Below, one piece after another: positions 27,301 to 37,665 of a stretch of DNA of 64,000 bases (its first letter is position 1; every line of letters starts with the position of its first letter). The DNA is taken from positions 1,504,001 to 1,568,000 of the forward strand of contig CBDCSU010000006.1 in the NCBI GenBank assembly GCA_965221775.1. The letters are read 5' to 3'. The translations under genes and the position numbers were made by a program. Origin of the DNA: Candidatus Latescibacterota bacterium. Lineage in GTDB: Bacteria > Latescibacterota > UBA2968 > UBA8231. The notes below the pieces were generated by a model that searched no databases, was not told where the DNA came from, and was given only the letters and a program-made list of their open reading frames with translations.

Positions 27301-28446
27301 GTGAAGATCACCGCCATCAACACCTTCGTCGCCCGCTTCGGCAACCGCCCCCGCGCCCTCATCAAGGTGGAGACCGACGAGGGCCTGTACGGGTGGGGGG
27401 AGGCCTACTCCACCGGGCCCGACCTGTCCGTGAAGCCCGTGGCCGACTACCTCTTCGAGCTGATCGGCGGCGAGGACCCGCGGCGCATCGAGTACATCAT
27501 GATGAAGCTGATGCAGGAGTTCCGCTTCCCCCCGGGGGGTGTGGGCCTGCCGGCGATCTCGGCCCTCGATCACGCCTTGTGGGACATCTCCGGCAAGGCG
27601 GCGGGCCTGCCCGTGTACATGCTCCTCGGCGGCTCGGTGCGCGACCGGGTGCGGGTCTACCGCGCCATCGGCGGGCGCGACGGCAAGGAGGCGGCGGAGA
27701 CGGCCCACAGGCTCAACGAGGAGCACGGCTTCACCGCCTTCAAGACCAGCCCCTACCAGATCCCGCCCGACGCCAGCCGCTGGGGGCGGGTCTGCTCGAC
27801 GGCGGCCAGCTACTTCGAGGAGATCCGCGCCAACACGCCCGAGGACTGGGAGTTCGCCTTCGACCCCCACGCCAAGATCTTCGAGCCGGTGCGCGCCCTG
27901 CAGCTGGCCGACGCCCTGGCGCCGTACGACCCCCTGTTCTACGAGGAGCCCCTGCGGCCCGAGCACATCCCCCAGTGGAAGCGCCTGCGCGAGCAGATGC
28001 GGGTGCCCCTGGCCACCGGCGAGAGCCTCTACGGGCGCTTCGAGTTCCTCGACCTGATCGCCGCCAACGGCGCCGACATCATCCAGCCCGACATCTGCAT
28101 CTGCGGCGGCCTGCTGGAGATGCGCAAGATCGCCGCCATCGCCGAGGCCCACTACGTCAGCGTGGCGCCCCACAACCCCATGGGGCCGCTGGCCACGGCG
28201 GTGAACGTCCACTTCGCGGCCTCGAGCCACAACTTCAAGATCCTCGAGTACATCCTGCCCACCGAGAGCGACTGGAACGACTGGGTGGACGAGCCCTACC
28301 TGCCGAAGGACGGATACCTCGAACTGCGCCCGGACCGCCCCGGCCTCGGGGTGGAGGTGAACGAGGAGGCGATCCGCGGCGACGAGTACATCCACTGGCA
28401 GCGCACCTGCCCCATCCGGCCCGACGGCGCCACCGGGTACATCTAA
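27301..28446 (+). CDS. Mandelate racemase/galactonate dehydratase-like enolase-superfamily enzyme
   Basis: [25 protein letters not shown] and APHNP motifs. Confidence 0.9.
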   Translation: MKITAINTFVARFGNRPRALIKVETDEGLYGWGEAYSTGPDLSVKPVADYLFELIGGEDPRRIEYIMMKLMQEFRFPPGGVGLPAISALDHALWDISGKAAGLPVYMLLGGSVRDRVRVYRAIGGRDGKEAAETAHRLNEEHGFTAFKTSPYQIPPDASRWGRVCSTAASYFEEIRANTPEDWEFAFDPHAKIFEPVRALQLADALAPYDPLFYEEPLRPEHIPQWKRLREQMRVPLATGESLYGRFEFLDLIAANGADIIQPDICICGGLLEMRKIAAIAEAHYVSVAPHNPMGPLATAVNVHFAASSHNFKILEYILPTESDWNDWVDEPYLPKDGYLELRPDRPGLGVEVNEEAIRGDEYIHWQRTCPIRPDGATGYI

Positions 28447-28487
28447 GGGGCGCCGGGGCAGTGGCTTCCGGCGGCCGGCGGGGGAAG

Positions 28488-30320
28488 GTGCGGCGCACGT
28501 CGACACCGCCGGCCCAGGAGCGCCTGGAGGCCCTGAAGGCGCTGTTCCCGGAGGCTTTTGCCGAGGGCCGGGTCGATCTCGAGCGGCTGCGGCAGGCCCT
28601 GGGCGAGGCCGTGGACGGCGGCCCCGAGCGCTACGCCTTCACCTGGGCCGGCAAGGGCGAGGCGATCCGCCTGTTGCAGGTGCCGACGGAGGCCGCCCTC
28701 GCCCCGGCTCCGGAGGACTCGGTCGGCTTCGAGGAGACGGGCAACCTCTTCATCGAGGGCGACAACCTCGAGGCCCTCAAGCTCCTCTACAAAGCCTGCG
28801 CCGGGCGGGTGAAGATGATCTACATCGACCCGCCGTACAACACCGGCGGCGAGTTCGTCTACCCGGACGACTACTCCGACCCCCTGGGGACCTACCTGCG
28901 GCTCACCGGCCAGAGCGACCGGCGGGGGAACCTGCTCACCAGCAACCCCGAGACCTCGGGCCGCCACCACTCGGCCTGGCTCTCGATGATGTACCCGCGG
29001 CTGTTCCTCGCCCGCCAGCTGCTGCGCGACGACGGCATCCTCTTCGTCTCCATCGACGAGCACGAGCGCCACAACCTGCAGCTCCTCCTGAACGAGATCT
29101 TCGGCGAGGAGAACCTGGTGGCCGACCTGATCTGGAAGAAGAAGTCCGGCGGCGGGTCGGACGTGAAGGAGATCGTCGTCGACCACGAGCACATCCTCGC
29201 CTACGGGCGGTCGCGTCCGGCGGCCCTGTTCGCCGACAAGGGGGCGACGGCGGCGACGCGCTACAACGAGACCGACGACGAGGGCCGGCGCTACAGCCTC
29301 GACCGGCTGGACAAGCCGAGCCTGGGCTACCAGGAGAGCCTGGACTTCCCCATCGAGGGGCCCGACGGCCGGACCTACCGCGTGCCCCACGCCGACCCCC
29401 GGCGCAAGGTGGCGCGCTGGCGCTGGTCCCGGAAGAGGGTGGAGGAGCGCCGCGGCGAGCTGGTCTTCCGCTGGCCCCACGTGTACACGCGCAACTACGA
29501 GAAGGAGGGCTCGAGGCCGCGCAGCCTGCTGGTGGACCGGCGCTTCGGGCGCACGCGCACGGGCAAGACGGACCTCACCGCCCTGTTCGGGGCCGAGGTC
29601 CTGGAGCGGGCCAAGCCGGTGCGGCTGATCAAGCACCTGTGCGCCATCGCCACCGGGCCGGGGGACATCGTCCTCGACTTCTTCGCCGGCTCGGGGACCA
29701 CCGGTCAGGCGGTGATGGAGCTGAACCGCGAGGACGGGGGCCGGCGGCGGTGGATCCTGGTGCAGCTGCCGGAGCCGACGGACGAGAGGTCGGCGGCGAA
29801 GGCGGAGGGACTGGGCACCATCGCCGGGATCTGCGCCGAGCGCCTGCGGCGGAGCATCCGCCGGCTGCGGGAGGAAGAGGGTGCGCCTTCCGGCGGCGGC
29901 GCCCCGGAGGAGGACCTCGGCTTCCGCCTGTTCCGCCTGGGGGAGAGCAACTTCCGCGGCTGGCCCGCCGTGGAGGAGGGCGACCCGGAGGAGTACGAGA
30001 GCGCCCTGGAGCGGTTCGTCGATCCCCTGCGCGAGGGCTGGAAGGCGATGGACGTGCTCTTCGAGGTGGCGCTGAAGGAGGGCTTCGGCCTCGACTGCCG
30101 GGTCGCCCGCCTCGACGGGACCGGGGAGAACACCGTGTACCGCGTCACCGACGAGGAGCGGGAGCAGTCCTTCCACCTGTGCCTGGACGGCGAGCTGAAG
30201 GCGGAAACTCTGCGGGCCCTGGGACTCGGCCGCGACGACCTGCTCATCTGCCGGGACGCGGCCCTCTCCGACGAGGCCGCCGCCAACGCGGCCATGACCT
30301 GCCGCCTCAAGACCCTCTGA
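28488..30320 (+). CDS. mod: Type III R-M DNA methyltransferase (Mod)
   Basis: [35 protein letters not shown] region and [10 protein letters not shown]. Alternative GTG start at 28461. Confidence 0.92.
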   Translation: MRRTSTPPAQERLEALKALFPEAFAEGRVDLERLRQALGEAVDGGPERYAFTWAGKGEAIRLLQVPTEAALAPAPEDSVGFEETGNLFIEGDNLEALKLLYKACAGRVKMIYIDPPYNTGGEFVYPDDYSDPLGTYLRLTGQSDRRGNLLTSNPETSGRHHSAWLSMMYPRLFLARQLLRDDGILFVSIDEHERHNLQLLLNEIFGEENLVADLIWKKKSGGGSDVKEIVVDHEHILAYGRSRPAALFADKGATAATRYNETDDEGRRYSLDRLDKPSLGYQESLDFPIEGPDGRTYRVPHADPRRKVARWRWSRKRVEERRGELVFRWPHVYTRNYEKEGSRPRSLLVDRRFGRTRTGKTDLTALFGAEVLERAKPVRLIKHLCAIATGPGDIVLDFFAGSGTTGQAVMELNREDGGRRRWILVQLPEPTDERSAAKAEGLGTIAGICAERLRRSIRRLREEEGAPSGGGAPEEDLGFRLFRLGESNFRGWPAVEEGDPEEYESALERFVDPLREGWKAMDVLFEVALKEGFGLDCRVARLDGTGENTVYRVTDEEREQSFHLCLDGELKAETLRALGLGRDDLLICRDAALSDEAAANAAMTCRLKTL

Positions 30321-30325
30321 TCCCG

Positions 30326-32965
30326 ATGAAGCTGCGGTTCGACGCCCACCAGCCCTTCCAGGTGCGGGCCGTCGAGGCGGTGGCCCACCTGCTTGACGGG
30401 CAGCCCCCGGTGGAGGCGGGGGTGGACCTGGGCCCCGGGGACCTGCCCGCGGTGGCCAACCGGCTGGACCTGGACGAGCCGCGGCTTGTGGCCAACCTGC
30501 GGCGGGTGCAGGAGGACAACGGCATCCGCCCCGACGACGGGCTGCGCCCCATGGAGGAGGAGATCGAGGCCCCGGGGGGCACCCGCACCGTCCGCTTCCC
30601 CAACTTCTCCGTGGAGATGGAGACGGGCACGGGCAAGACCTACGTCTACCTGCGCACCATGCTGGAGCTGTTCCACCGCTACCGCCTGCGCAAGTTCATC
30701 ATCGTCGTGCCCTCGGTGGCGATCCGCGAGGGGGTGCTCAAGAGCCTGGTGGTGACGCGGGACCACTTCGCCCGCCTCTACGGCAACACCGTCCTGCGCC
30801 ACGCCGGGTACGACGCCTCGAGCCGCTCCCAGGTGAGCCAGTTCGCCCTCTCCGGGGGCGTCGAGGTGCTGGTGATGACGATCGACGCCTTCAACAAGGC
30901 GGCCAACGTCATCCGCCGGAGCGCCGACCGCCTCCAGGGACGGGCGCCGATCGAGTACATCCAGGCGGCGCGGCCGGTGCTGATCCTCGACGAGCCGCAG
31001 AATATGGAGAGCCCCAAGAGCCGGGCGGCCCTGGCCTCCCTCGACCCCCTGCTTGCCCTGCGCTACAGCGCCACCCACCGGCGCCCCTACAACCTCGTCT
31101 GCCGCCTGACCCCTTTCGACGCCTACCGCCAGGGCCTGGTGAAGCGCATCGAGGTCGCCTCCGTGTCCCGGGAGGAGGACCCCGGACGGCCCTGGCTGCG
31201 CGTGGCCCGGGTGAGGAGCGGCCAACGCAGCGTCACGGCGCGGCTGGCGGTGCGCAAGCTCTCCGCCGGGGGTACGCCGCGGGAGAGCACGCTCACGGTG
31301 CGGGCCGGCGATTCCCTCTCGGAGAAGACCGGCCGCGGGGAGTACCGCGGATTCGACGTCGACGAGATCGACGCCGGCCGCGGCGTGGTCCGCTTCGCCA
31401 ACGGCGTGGAGCTGCGCGCCGGCGAGGAGCACGGCCCCGACCGTGAGGCCCTCTTCCGGGAGCAGATCCGCCTCACCGTGGACGAGCACTTCCGCAAGCA
31501 GGACCGGCTGAGGGCGGCGGGAATCAAGGTCCTCTCCCTGTTCTTCATCGACCGGGTGGCCAACTACGCGACGCCGGACGGGCTGATCCGGCGGCTCTTC
31601 GACGAGGCCTTCGACGCGCTGAAGGGCGGCTACCCGGAGTGGCGGGACCTGGCGCCGGAAGCGGTGCAGGCCGGGTACTTCGCCCACCGGCGGCGGCGGG
31701 GCGCCGTGGAGTGGCTGGACTCGGTCTCCGGCGAGAGCGCCGAGGACGCAGCCGCCTACGCCCTGATCATGCGCGACAAGGAGGCCCTGCTCTCCTTCCC
31801 GGGGCCGGGGGACGGCGATGAGGAGCGGCGCCGGAAGCGGGTGGCCTTCCTGTTCTCCCACTCGGCCCTGCGCGAGGGCTGGGACAATCCCAACGTCTTC
31901 CAGATCTGCACCCTGAACCAGTCGGTCTCGGAGGTGAGGAAGCGCCAGGAGGTGGGGCGCGGCATGCGGCTGTGCGTCGACCAGGAAGGGCGCCGGGTGC
32001 GCGACGGCGAGATCAACGTGCTGACGGTGGTGGCCAACGAGAGCTACCGCCGCTACGCCGCCAGCCTGCAGAGCGAGATCGCCGAGGAGTACCGGCAGGA
32101 GATCGAGAGCCGCTGCGGCCGGCCGCTCTCCGCCCTCGGCGAGGCGGAGCGCCGCCGCCTGGAGGAGGAGTACGGCGCCGGGATTCTGCCCCCGGCTCCG
32201 CGCCGGGCGGGCTCGCCGCCTTCGGCGGGGCGGGACGGCGAGCTGAGCCCGGAGTTCCGGCGGCTCTGGGAGCGCGTCGAGGCCCGGACCCGCTTCGCCC
32301 TGCGCATCGACACGGACCAGCTCGTGGCCGGGGCCATCGGCGAGCTGGAGAGCCGCCCCCTCTCGCGGCCGGGGCTGACCGTCGCCCGGGGGCGGATCCA
32401 GGTGAAGGGATCCGGCGCCTTCGAGGCGCAGGCGCGGGGCGAGACCCGGGGCGTCGCCGCCGAGGGCGGCAGCCTCCTGCCCAACCTCCTGGAGACCATG
32501 GCCGATCTCCTGGAGCGCGTCTCACCGCCGGTGCGAGTGACCCGCCGCACGCTGCTGGAGATCTTCCGGGCGGCGCCCGACTCGGAGGCGGCCCTGGCCA
32601 GCCCGCACGAGTTCGCCGCCGCGGCGGCGGCCGGGCTCCGCAGGAGCCTCGCCGGGCTGCTGGCCAGGGGGGTCCAGTACGAGCGCAGGAACGGCTGGTA
32701 CGAGATGAGCCAGGTGGAGGAGGGAGATCCTCTGTCATTCGCGGGGCTGGAGGGGCGCGGCGGCGTGGAGCTGTGCGCCCGCCTGCCGCGGTCGTTCACC
32801 GTGCCCACTCCGGCGGGCGCCTGCGACCCCGACTGGGCGGTGGTGACCTCCCGGGAGGGGGAAGGATGGAGGCTCTACCTGCTGCCGGAGGCGGAGGCTG
32901 ACGGGGAGGCTCGGGGCCGCGGTTGGCGGGGCGGAATGCCCGCCGGAGGCGCCCGTGGCCGGTGA
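30326..32965 (+). CDS. res: Type III R-M restriction subunit (Res), nuclease site apparently degenerate
   Basis: EMETGTGKT, DEPQN, YSAT, LREGWDNPNVFQICTL and QEVGRGMRL motifs. C-terminus has PDW but EAE instead of ETK. Confidence 0.88.
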   Translation: MKLRFDAHQPFQVRAVEAVAHLLDGQPPVEAGVDLGPGDLPAVANRLDLDEPRLVANLRRVQEDNGIRPDDGLRPMEEEIEAPGGTRTVRFPNFSVEMETGTGKTYVYLRTMLELFHRYRLRKFIIVVPSVAIREGVLKSLVVTRDHFARLYGNTVLRHAGYDASSRSQVSQFALSGGVEVLVMTIDAFNKAANVIRRSADRLQGRAPIEYIQAARPVLILDEPQNMESPKSRAALASLDPLLALRYSATHRRPYNLVCRLTPFDAYRQGLVKRIEVASVSREEDPGRPWLRVARVRSGQRSVTARLAVRKLSAGGTPRESTLTVRAGDSLSEKTGRGEYRGFDVDEIDAGRGVVRFANGVELRAGEEHGPDREALFREQIRLTVDEHFRKQDRLRAAGIKVLSLFFIDRVANYATPDGLIRRLFDEAFDALKGGYPEWRDLAPEAVQAGYFAHRRRRGAVEWLDSVSGESAEDAAAYALIMRDKEALLSFPGPGDGDEERRRKRVAFLFSHSALREGWDNPNVFQICTLNQSVSEVRKRQEVGRGMRLCVDQEGRRVRDGEINVLTVVANESYRRYAASLQSEIAEEYRQEIESRCGRPLSALGEAERRRLEEEYGAGILPPAPRRAGSPPSAGRDGELSPEFRRLWERVEARTRFALRIDTDQLVAGAIGELESRPLSRPGLTVARGRIQVKGSGAFEAQARGETRGVAAEGGSLLPNLLETMADLLERVSPPVRVTRRTLLEIFRAAPDSEAALASPHEFAAAAAAGLRRSLAGLLARGVQYERRNGWYEMSQVEEGDPLSFAGLEGRGGVELCARLPRSFTVPTPAGACDPDWAVVTSREGEGWRLYLLPEAEADGEARGRGWRGGMPAGGARGR

Positions 32966-33444
32966 CGCGGGATTGGCTCCGGCGGGGTGCGGGCGGCCAG
33001 GGCCTCTTCGAGGGCGGCGCACAGCGCCTGCGGCTCGTCGGTGCCGATGCGGACGGCCTTCCCGCTCTTCATCTTCAGCTCCACCGCGTCGAGGCCCGAG
33101 ACGTTGTAGAGCCAGGCTCCGGGGATCTTGCGGATGCCCCAGCCGTAGAGCCAGGAGTTCCTCACCGGCCGGCAGCCCTCGATCCCGTCGAGGGGCCAGC
33201 GCTTGCGGATCAGGCCGACGCCGAAGCGGATCCGCAGGTGGCCGCCGGCGATCTCCACCGTCAGGCTGCCGAAGAGCAGGAGCACCAGCACCAGCACCCC
33301 CACGATCGCCGCCGCCACCCAGTTGCCCTCCGGGGTCCGGATGTACCACACCAGGACCACGGCCGGCACCAGGCCGGGGAGGCAACTGGCCGCGATGACC
33401 CGGCCGAACTGGGTGCGGCGGTAGGATTGCGGGGGGGTGGTCAT
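32875..33444 (-). CDS. Hypothetical membrane protein, two TMs plus bacterial PH-like domain
   Basis: Two hydrophobic helices, then LTVEI...GWGIR...VELKMKSGKAVRIGTDEP. Confidence 0.8.
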   Translation of the reverse strand: MTTPPQSYRRTQFGRVIAASCLPGLVPAVVLVWYIRTPEGNWVAAAIVGVLVLVLLLFGSLTVEIAGGHLRIRFGVGLIRKRWPLDGIEGCRPVRNSWLYGWGIRKIPGAWLYNVSGLDAVELKMKSGKAVRIGTDEPQALCAALEEALAARTPPEPIPRHRPRAPPAGIPPRQPRPRASPSASASGSR

Positions 33445-33505
33445 CGGCTATATTGCGCCCGGCCCACACGTTAGCAGGGCCTCTTCTCCCCCGTCAAGGT
33501 GGCCG

Positions 33506-34171
33506 ATGAACCTCGTTTTCGTGGGATGCGAATACGCCGGCAAGTCCACTCTCGCCGGCGAAGTGTTGAAGTGGGCGGAGGAGGCCCTGGGCGGGACCAG
33601 CCACTTCCACGATCACTTCAGCGTGCCCTCCAGCGAGCTCTCCCCCGAAGCGCAGGAGTCGGTGCTGGCGGTCCATCCCCAGTTCCTGGAGATGTTCCAG
33701 CGCTACTCCCTGACCTACCACCTGGGCGACTCCTTCTACTCCCACGGCGACCACAACCTGATGGGGTTCGTCATCGAGGAAGCGGTCTACGCGCCGCTCT
33801 ACTACGGGTACGGAGGCCCGGAGACCGGGGCGCCCAAGCGCAGCCCCGAGGGCCAGCGCACCGAGATGGCGCGCCGCTTCGAGAGCGAGATGCTCGACAA
33901 GGCGCCGGGCACGGTGCTGGTGCTGCTGAAGGCCGCCCCGGAGGTGATCCGGCGGCGTATGAGGGAGGCCCCCCACACCCACCCGATCGTGCGCGACCAG
34001 GACGTGGAGCGCGTGCTGGGGCGGTTCGAGGAGGAGTTCGAGGCCTCCCTGATCCAGCGGCGCATCGTCCTCGACACGTCGACGGCGACGGTGGAGCGGA
34101 CCCTGGCGGAGTTCCTCCAGGCCCATGAGCCGTTCATGAGCCGGGAGGACCGGCAGCGGATGGAGAAGTAA
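33506..34171 (+). CDS. P-loop nucleoside-monophosphate-kinase-like protein
   Basis: Walker A GCEYAGKST at the N-terminus, LVLLKAAPEVIRRR lid, LDTS. Confidence 0.75.
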   Translation: MNLVFVGCEYAGKSTLAGEVLKWAEEALGGTSHFHDHFSVPSSELSPEAQESVLAVHPQFLEMFQRYSLTYHLGDSFYSHGDHNLMGFVIEEAVYAPLYYGYGGPETGAPKRSPEGQRTEMARRFESEMLDKAPGTVLVLLKAAPEVIRRRMREAPHTHPIVRDQDVERVLGRFEEEFEASLIQRRIVLDTSTATVERTLAEFLQAHEPFMSREDRQRMEK

Positions 34172-34229
34172 GGGAGCCGCTGAGGCGGCGCCGATCGCGG
34201 ACAGGGATCACCAAGCGGAGGAGGAAGCC

Positions 34230-35066
34230 GTGAGCGAGACGAAGGGCGACGCCCAGTACACCATGGGCCGCAGCAAGGAGGAGGAGGACCGCCTGATCCA
34301 GCAGTCGCAGCTCTACGACGCGGTGACGCGCCGGATGCTGCACTCGGCGGGCCTGGCCGGCGGCATGAAGGTCCTCGACATCGGCAGCGGCACCGGCGAC
34401 GTGGCCATGACCGCCGCCGAGCTGGTCGGACCGGAGGGCTCCGTGGTCGGCGTCGACATGAACCCGGAGATCCTCGAGACGGCGCGGGCCCGGGCCGGGC
34501 AGGCCGGGTTCGCCAACATCGAGTTCGTCGCCGGAGACGCCAGGACCCTCGACCTGGGGGACGATTTCGACGCCCTCATCGGCCGCCTGGTCCTCATGTA
34601 CATGGCCGATCCCGCCGACGCCCTCCGGCAGCTCTCGGCGCGCCTGGCCCCCGGGGGAATCGTCGCCTTCCAGGAGGTCGACTTCAGCCCCTACCGGAAT
34701 ACCAGCCACGACGACACGCCGCTGATGAACCAGCTCGTCGACTGGGGCCTGGGCGTGTTCGAGCGCTCGGGGGCGCACACCGACATGGGCTTCGACCTCT
34801 ACGGCGCCTATGTCGAGGCCGGCCTGCCCGAGCCGTACATGCACTTCGATTCCCCCGTGGGCGGCCCCGAAGGCTGGGCGGGCTACTCCTTCCTCGCCAA
34901 CAGCTTCCGCAGCCTGGTCCCGCTCCTGGAGCAGTTCGGCATGGCGACGGCCGACGAGGTCGACGTGGACACCCTGGCCGAGCGCGTCCGGCAGGAGGTG
35001 GTGGCCTCGAAGCGGCCCCTGCGCCTGCCCCCGCACGTGACCGCCTGGACCCGCCTCCCGGCCTGA
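34230..35066 (+). CDS. Class I SAM-dependent methyltransferase
   Basis: GGAGG RBS. VLDIGSGTGDV, VVGVD, FDALIGR and LAPGG motifs. Confidence 0.92.
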   Translation: MSETKGDAQYTMGRSKEEEDRLIQQSQLYDAVTRRMLHSAGLAGGMKVLDIGSGTGDVAMTAAELVGPEGSVVGVDMNPEILETARARAGQAGFANIEFVAGDARTLDLGDDFDALIGRLVLMYMADPADALRQLSARLAPGGIVAFQEVDFSPYRNTSHDDTPLMNQLVDWGLGVFERSGAHTDMGFDLYGAYVEAGLPEPYMHFDSPVGGPEGWAGYSFLANSFRSLVPLLEQFGMATADEVDVDTLAERVRQEVVASKRPLRLPPHVTAWTRLPA

Positions 35067-35111
35067 CCCTCCAGGCCTGAGGAGCCGCCCGGCGGCAGAC
35101 AGGATCTCCCC

Positions 35112-36722
35112 GTGAACTACGATACCCGGACCCTGCGCGGCGACTTCTTCGGCGGCCTCACCTCCATGGTGGTGGGCCTGCCCGTGGCCCTGGCCTTCGG
35201 GGTGGCCTCGGGCATGGGGGCGGCGGCCGGCCTCTACGGCGCCATCGCCGTCGGCTTCTTCGCCTCGATCTTCGGCGGCACCCGCTCGCAGATCTCCGGC
35301 CCCACGGGCCCCATGGCCGTGGCCATGGCGGTCATCGTCACCAGCCGCGCCGGCACCCTCGCCGAAGCGCTGACCATCGTCGTCCTCGCCGGCCTTCTGC
35401 AGGTGCTCCTCGGCCTGTCGAAGGTGGGCCGCTTCGTGGCCTACACGCCGTACGTGGTCATCTCCGGATTCATGTCCGGCGTCGGCCTCATCATCATCCT
35501 GATCCAGGCCATGCCCTTCCTCGGGGCGCCCACCGCCTCGGGCGGGCCGATGGGCGCCGTCGCTGCTCTGCCCGGGGCCGTGGCCGGCGTCGACTTCGGC
35601 GCCTTCGCCATCGCCGCCGTCACCCTCGCCGTGGCCGTGCTCTGGCCCGCCCGCCTGACCCGGTACGTGCCGGGGCTGCTGGTGGCCCTCCTGGCCGGCA
35701 CCCTCATGGGCGTCTTCTGGGTGAGCGGCGCCCCGGTCATCGGGCCGGTGCCCACCGGCCTGCCGAGCCTGCAGTTCTCCCTGCCGTCGGCCGCCTTCCT
35801 CGCCCGCGCCCTGGAGCCGGCCATCATCCTCGCCCTCCTCGGCTCGATCGACAGCCTCCTCACCTCCCTGGTGGCCGACTCGCTCACCGGCACGCGCCAC
35901 AACGCCAACCGCGAGCTGGTGGGCCAGGGCATCGGCAACATGGTCTCCGGACTCTTCGGGGGCGTGCCGGGGGCCGGCGCCACCATGGGCACGGTGACCA
36001 ACATCCGCTCCGGCGGACGGACCCAGGTCTCCGGGGCGCTGCGGGCGCTGCTGCTGCTGGCGCTGCTGCTCGGCCTCGGCCGCTTCGTCGAGCCGATCCC
36101 CCACGCGGCCCTGGCCGGCATCCTGATGAAGGTCGGCTGGGACATCATCGACTGGCGGATGCTCACCCGCATCCACCGCGTCCGCCGCGAGCACCTGCTG
36201 GTCATGGGGATCACCCTGGGGCTGACGGTCTTCGTCGACTTGGTGACCGCCGTGGCCATCGGCCTGATCGCCGCGGGCATGGCCAACGCCCGCCAGCTGG
36301 AGAGTCTGGAGCTCGACAGCGTCGTATCCGTGCCCCTGCTGGACCAGACCTTCCTCGAGCGGGAGGGCGAGGAGGCCGATCCCTTCGCGGCCCGGGTCGG
36401 CCTGGTAGCCCTCCGGGGCAGCTTCACCGTCGCCTCCTCCACCAAGCTGGTGGCCGTCATCGGCGGCGACATCAAGGACCACGAGGTGGTCATCTTCGAC
36501 TTCTCGGGAGCCACCTATCTCGACGACAGCGCCGCCATGCTGATCCGGCAGCTGATCGAGGTGGCCGGCAAGGAAGAGACGGAGTGCGTGATCATGGGTC
36601 TCTCGGGCTCGGTGGAGCAGACGCTGCTCACCCTCGACGTGCTGCGGGACGTCCCCGGGGACCGGGTCGTCGAGAGCCTGGACGAGGCGCGCCAAGTCGC
36701 CCGGAACCTGCTCGACGACTGA
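35112..36722 (+). CDS. SulP family anion transporter with STAS domain
   Basis: GDFFGG, GLYGA, ISGPTG, NRELVGQG and C-terminal STAS (FDFSGATYLD). Confidence 0.94.
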   Translation: MNYDTRTLRGDFFGGLTSMVVGLPVALAFGVASGMGAAAGLYGAIAVGFFASIFGGTRSQISGPTGPMAVAMAVIVTSRAGTLAEALTIVVLAGLLQVLLGLSKVGRFVAYTPYVVISGFMSGVGLIIILIQAMPFLGAPTASGGPMGAVAALPGAVAGVDFGAFAIAAVTLAVAVLWPARLTRYVPGLLVALLAGTLMGVFWVSGAPVIGPVPTGLPSLQFSLPSAAFLARALEPAIILALLGSIDSLLTSLVADSLTGTRHNANRELVGQGIGNMVSGLFGGVPGAGATMGTVTNIRSGGRTQVSGALRALLLLALLLGLGRFVEPIPHAALAGILMKVGWDIIDWRMLTRIHRVRREHLLVMGITLGLTVFVDLVTAVAIGLIAAGMANARQLESLELDSVVSVPLLDQTFLEREGEEADPFAARVGLVALRGSFTVASSTKLVAVIGGDIKDHEVVIFDFSGATYLDDSAAMLIRQLIEVAGKEETECVIMGLSGSVEQTLLTLDVLRDVPGDRVVESLDEARQVARNLLDD

Positions 36723-36855
36723 CGCGCCCGGCCGAGGGGCAGGCCGCCGCAGGACCGCGGGGCTCTCCTCCAGGACTGACGGGACCGCCCGCTCGAGCCC
36801 GCTGACCGAGGCCGCTCCCGGCGCCTGGCAGGCCCTGGCTCCGCCGGGCCCGCCC

Positions 36856-37665
36856 TCAGGCCGGCGCCGCGCTCGCGGCCGAGCGCCGGCGCAGCCACTC
36901 CACCGCGAACAGCAGCAGCACCGCGAAGAGGATGAGGAAGGTCGCCACCGCGAGGATGGCGGGGCTGATCTGCTCGCGGATGCCGGCCCACATCTGGCGC
37001 GGGATGGTGCGCTGCTCGATGCCGGCCATGAAGAGGACGGCCACCACCTCGTCGAAGGAGGTGGCGAAGGCGAAGAGGGCCCCCGAGATGACGCCCGGCG
37101 CGATGAGGGGCAGCTGCACGCTGCGGAAGGTGCGCAGCGGTCCGGCGCCGAGGCTGGCGGCGGCGCGGGTCAGATTGTCGTCGAAGGCCGACAGGGTGGC
37201 GGTCACCGTGATCACCACGAAGGGCGTGCCCAGGGCGGCGTGGGCCAGGATCAGCCCGAGGTGGGTCTGTGACAGCCCCAGCCCCGAGTAGAAGAAGAAC
37301 ATGCCCGCCGCGGCGATGATCACCGGCGTCACCATGGGCGAGATCAGCAGCCCCATGGCCAGGCGCCGGGCGGGCATGGCGGCGCTCGACAGGCCCAGGG
37401 CGGCCAGCGTCCCCAGGGTGGTGGCCAGGGCGGTGGCGGCGACGCCGATGATCAGGCTGTTGGCCAGGGCCCGCCGCCAGACGTCCTCCTCGACGATCTG
37501 CCGGTACCAGCGCAGCGACCAGGCCTCGGGGTCGAGGCGCAGCATGCCCTCGGTGAAGGTGAAGTAGGGCTCGGCGTTGAAACTCAGGGGCACGATCACC
37601 AGGATCGGCGCCACCAGGAAGGCGAAGACCGCGGCGCAGAACCCCAGGTAGAGGAAGCGGGCCAT
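36856..37665 (-). CDS. potC: Polyamine/opine-type ABC permease (PotC-like)
   Basis: LSFN, AAASLGA loop, SFDE and TIPRQMW motifs. Start overlaps the upstream stop. Confidence 0.85.
   Translation of the reverse strand: MARFLYLGFCAAVFAFLVAPILVIVPLSFNAEPYFTFTEGMLRLDPEAWSLRWYRQIVEEDVWRRALANSLIIGVAATALATTLGTLAALGLSSAAMPARRLAMGLLISPMVTPVIIAAAGMFFFYSGLGLSQTHLGLILAHAALGTPFVVITVTATLSAFDDNLTRAAASLGAGPLRTFRSVQLPLIAPGVISGALFAFATSFDEVVAVLFMAGIEQRTIPRQMWAGIREQISPAILAVATFLILFAVLLLFAVEWLRRRSAASAAPA

Noticed and set aside
26697-30320. 1207-aa ORF as a giant Mod fusion, and similar extended ORFs (5673-8828, 44096-47815, 53729-58342)
   Set aside because: The N-terminal extensions are off-frame read-through over real upstream genes; true starts were reassigned downstream.
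28488-30320. Phase-variable mod (phasevarion)
   Set aside because: No simple sequence repeat tract is visible in or upstream of mod.
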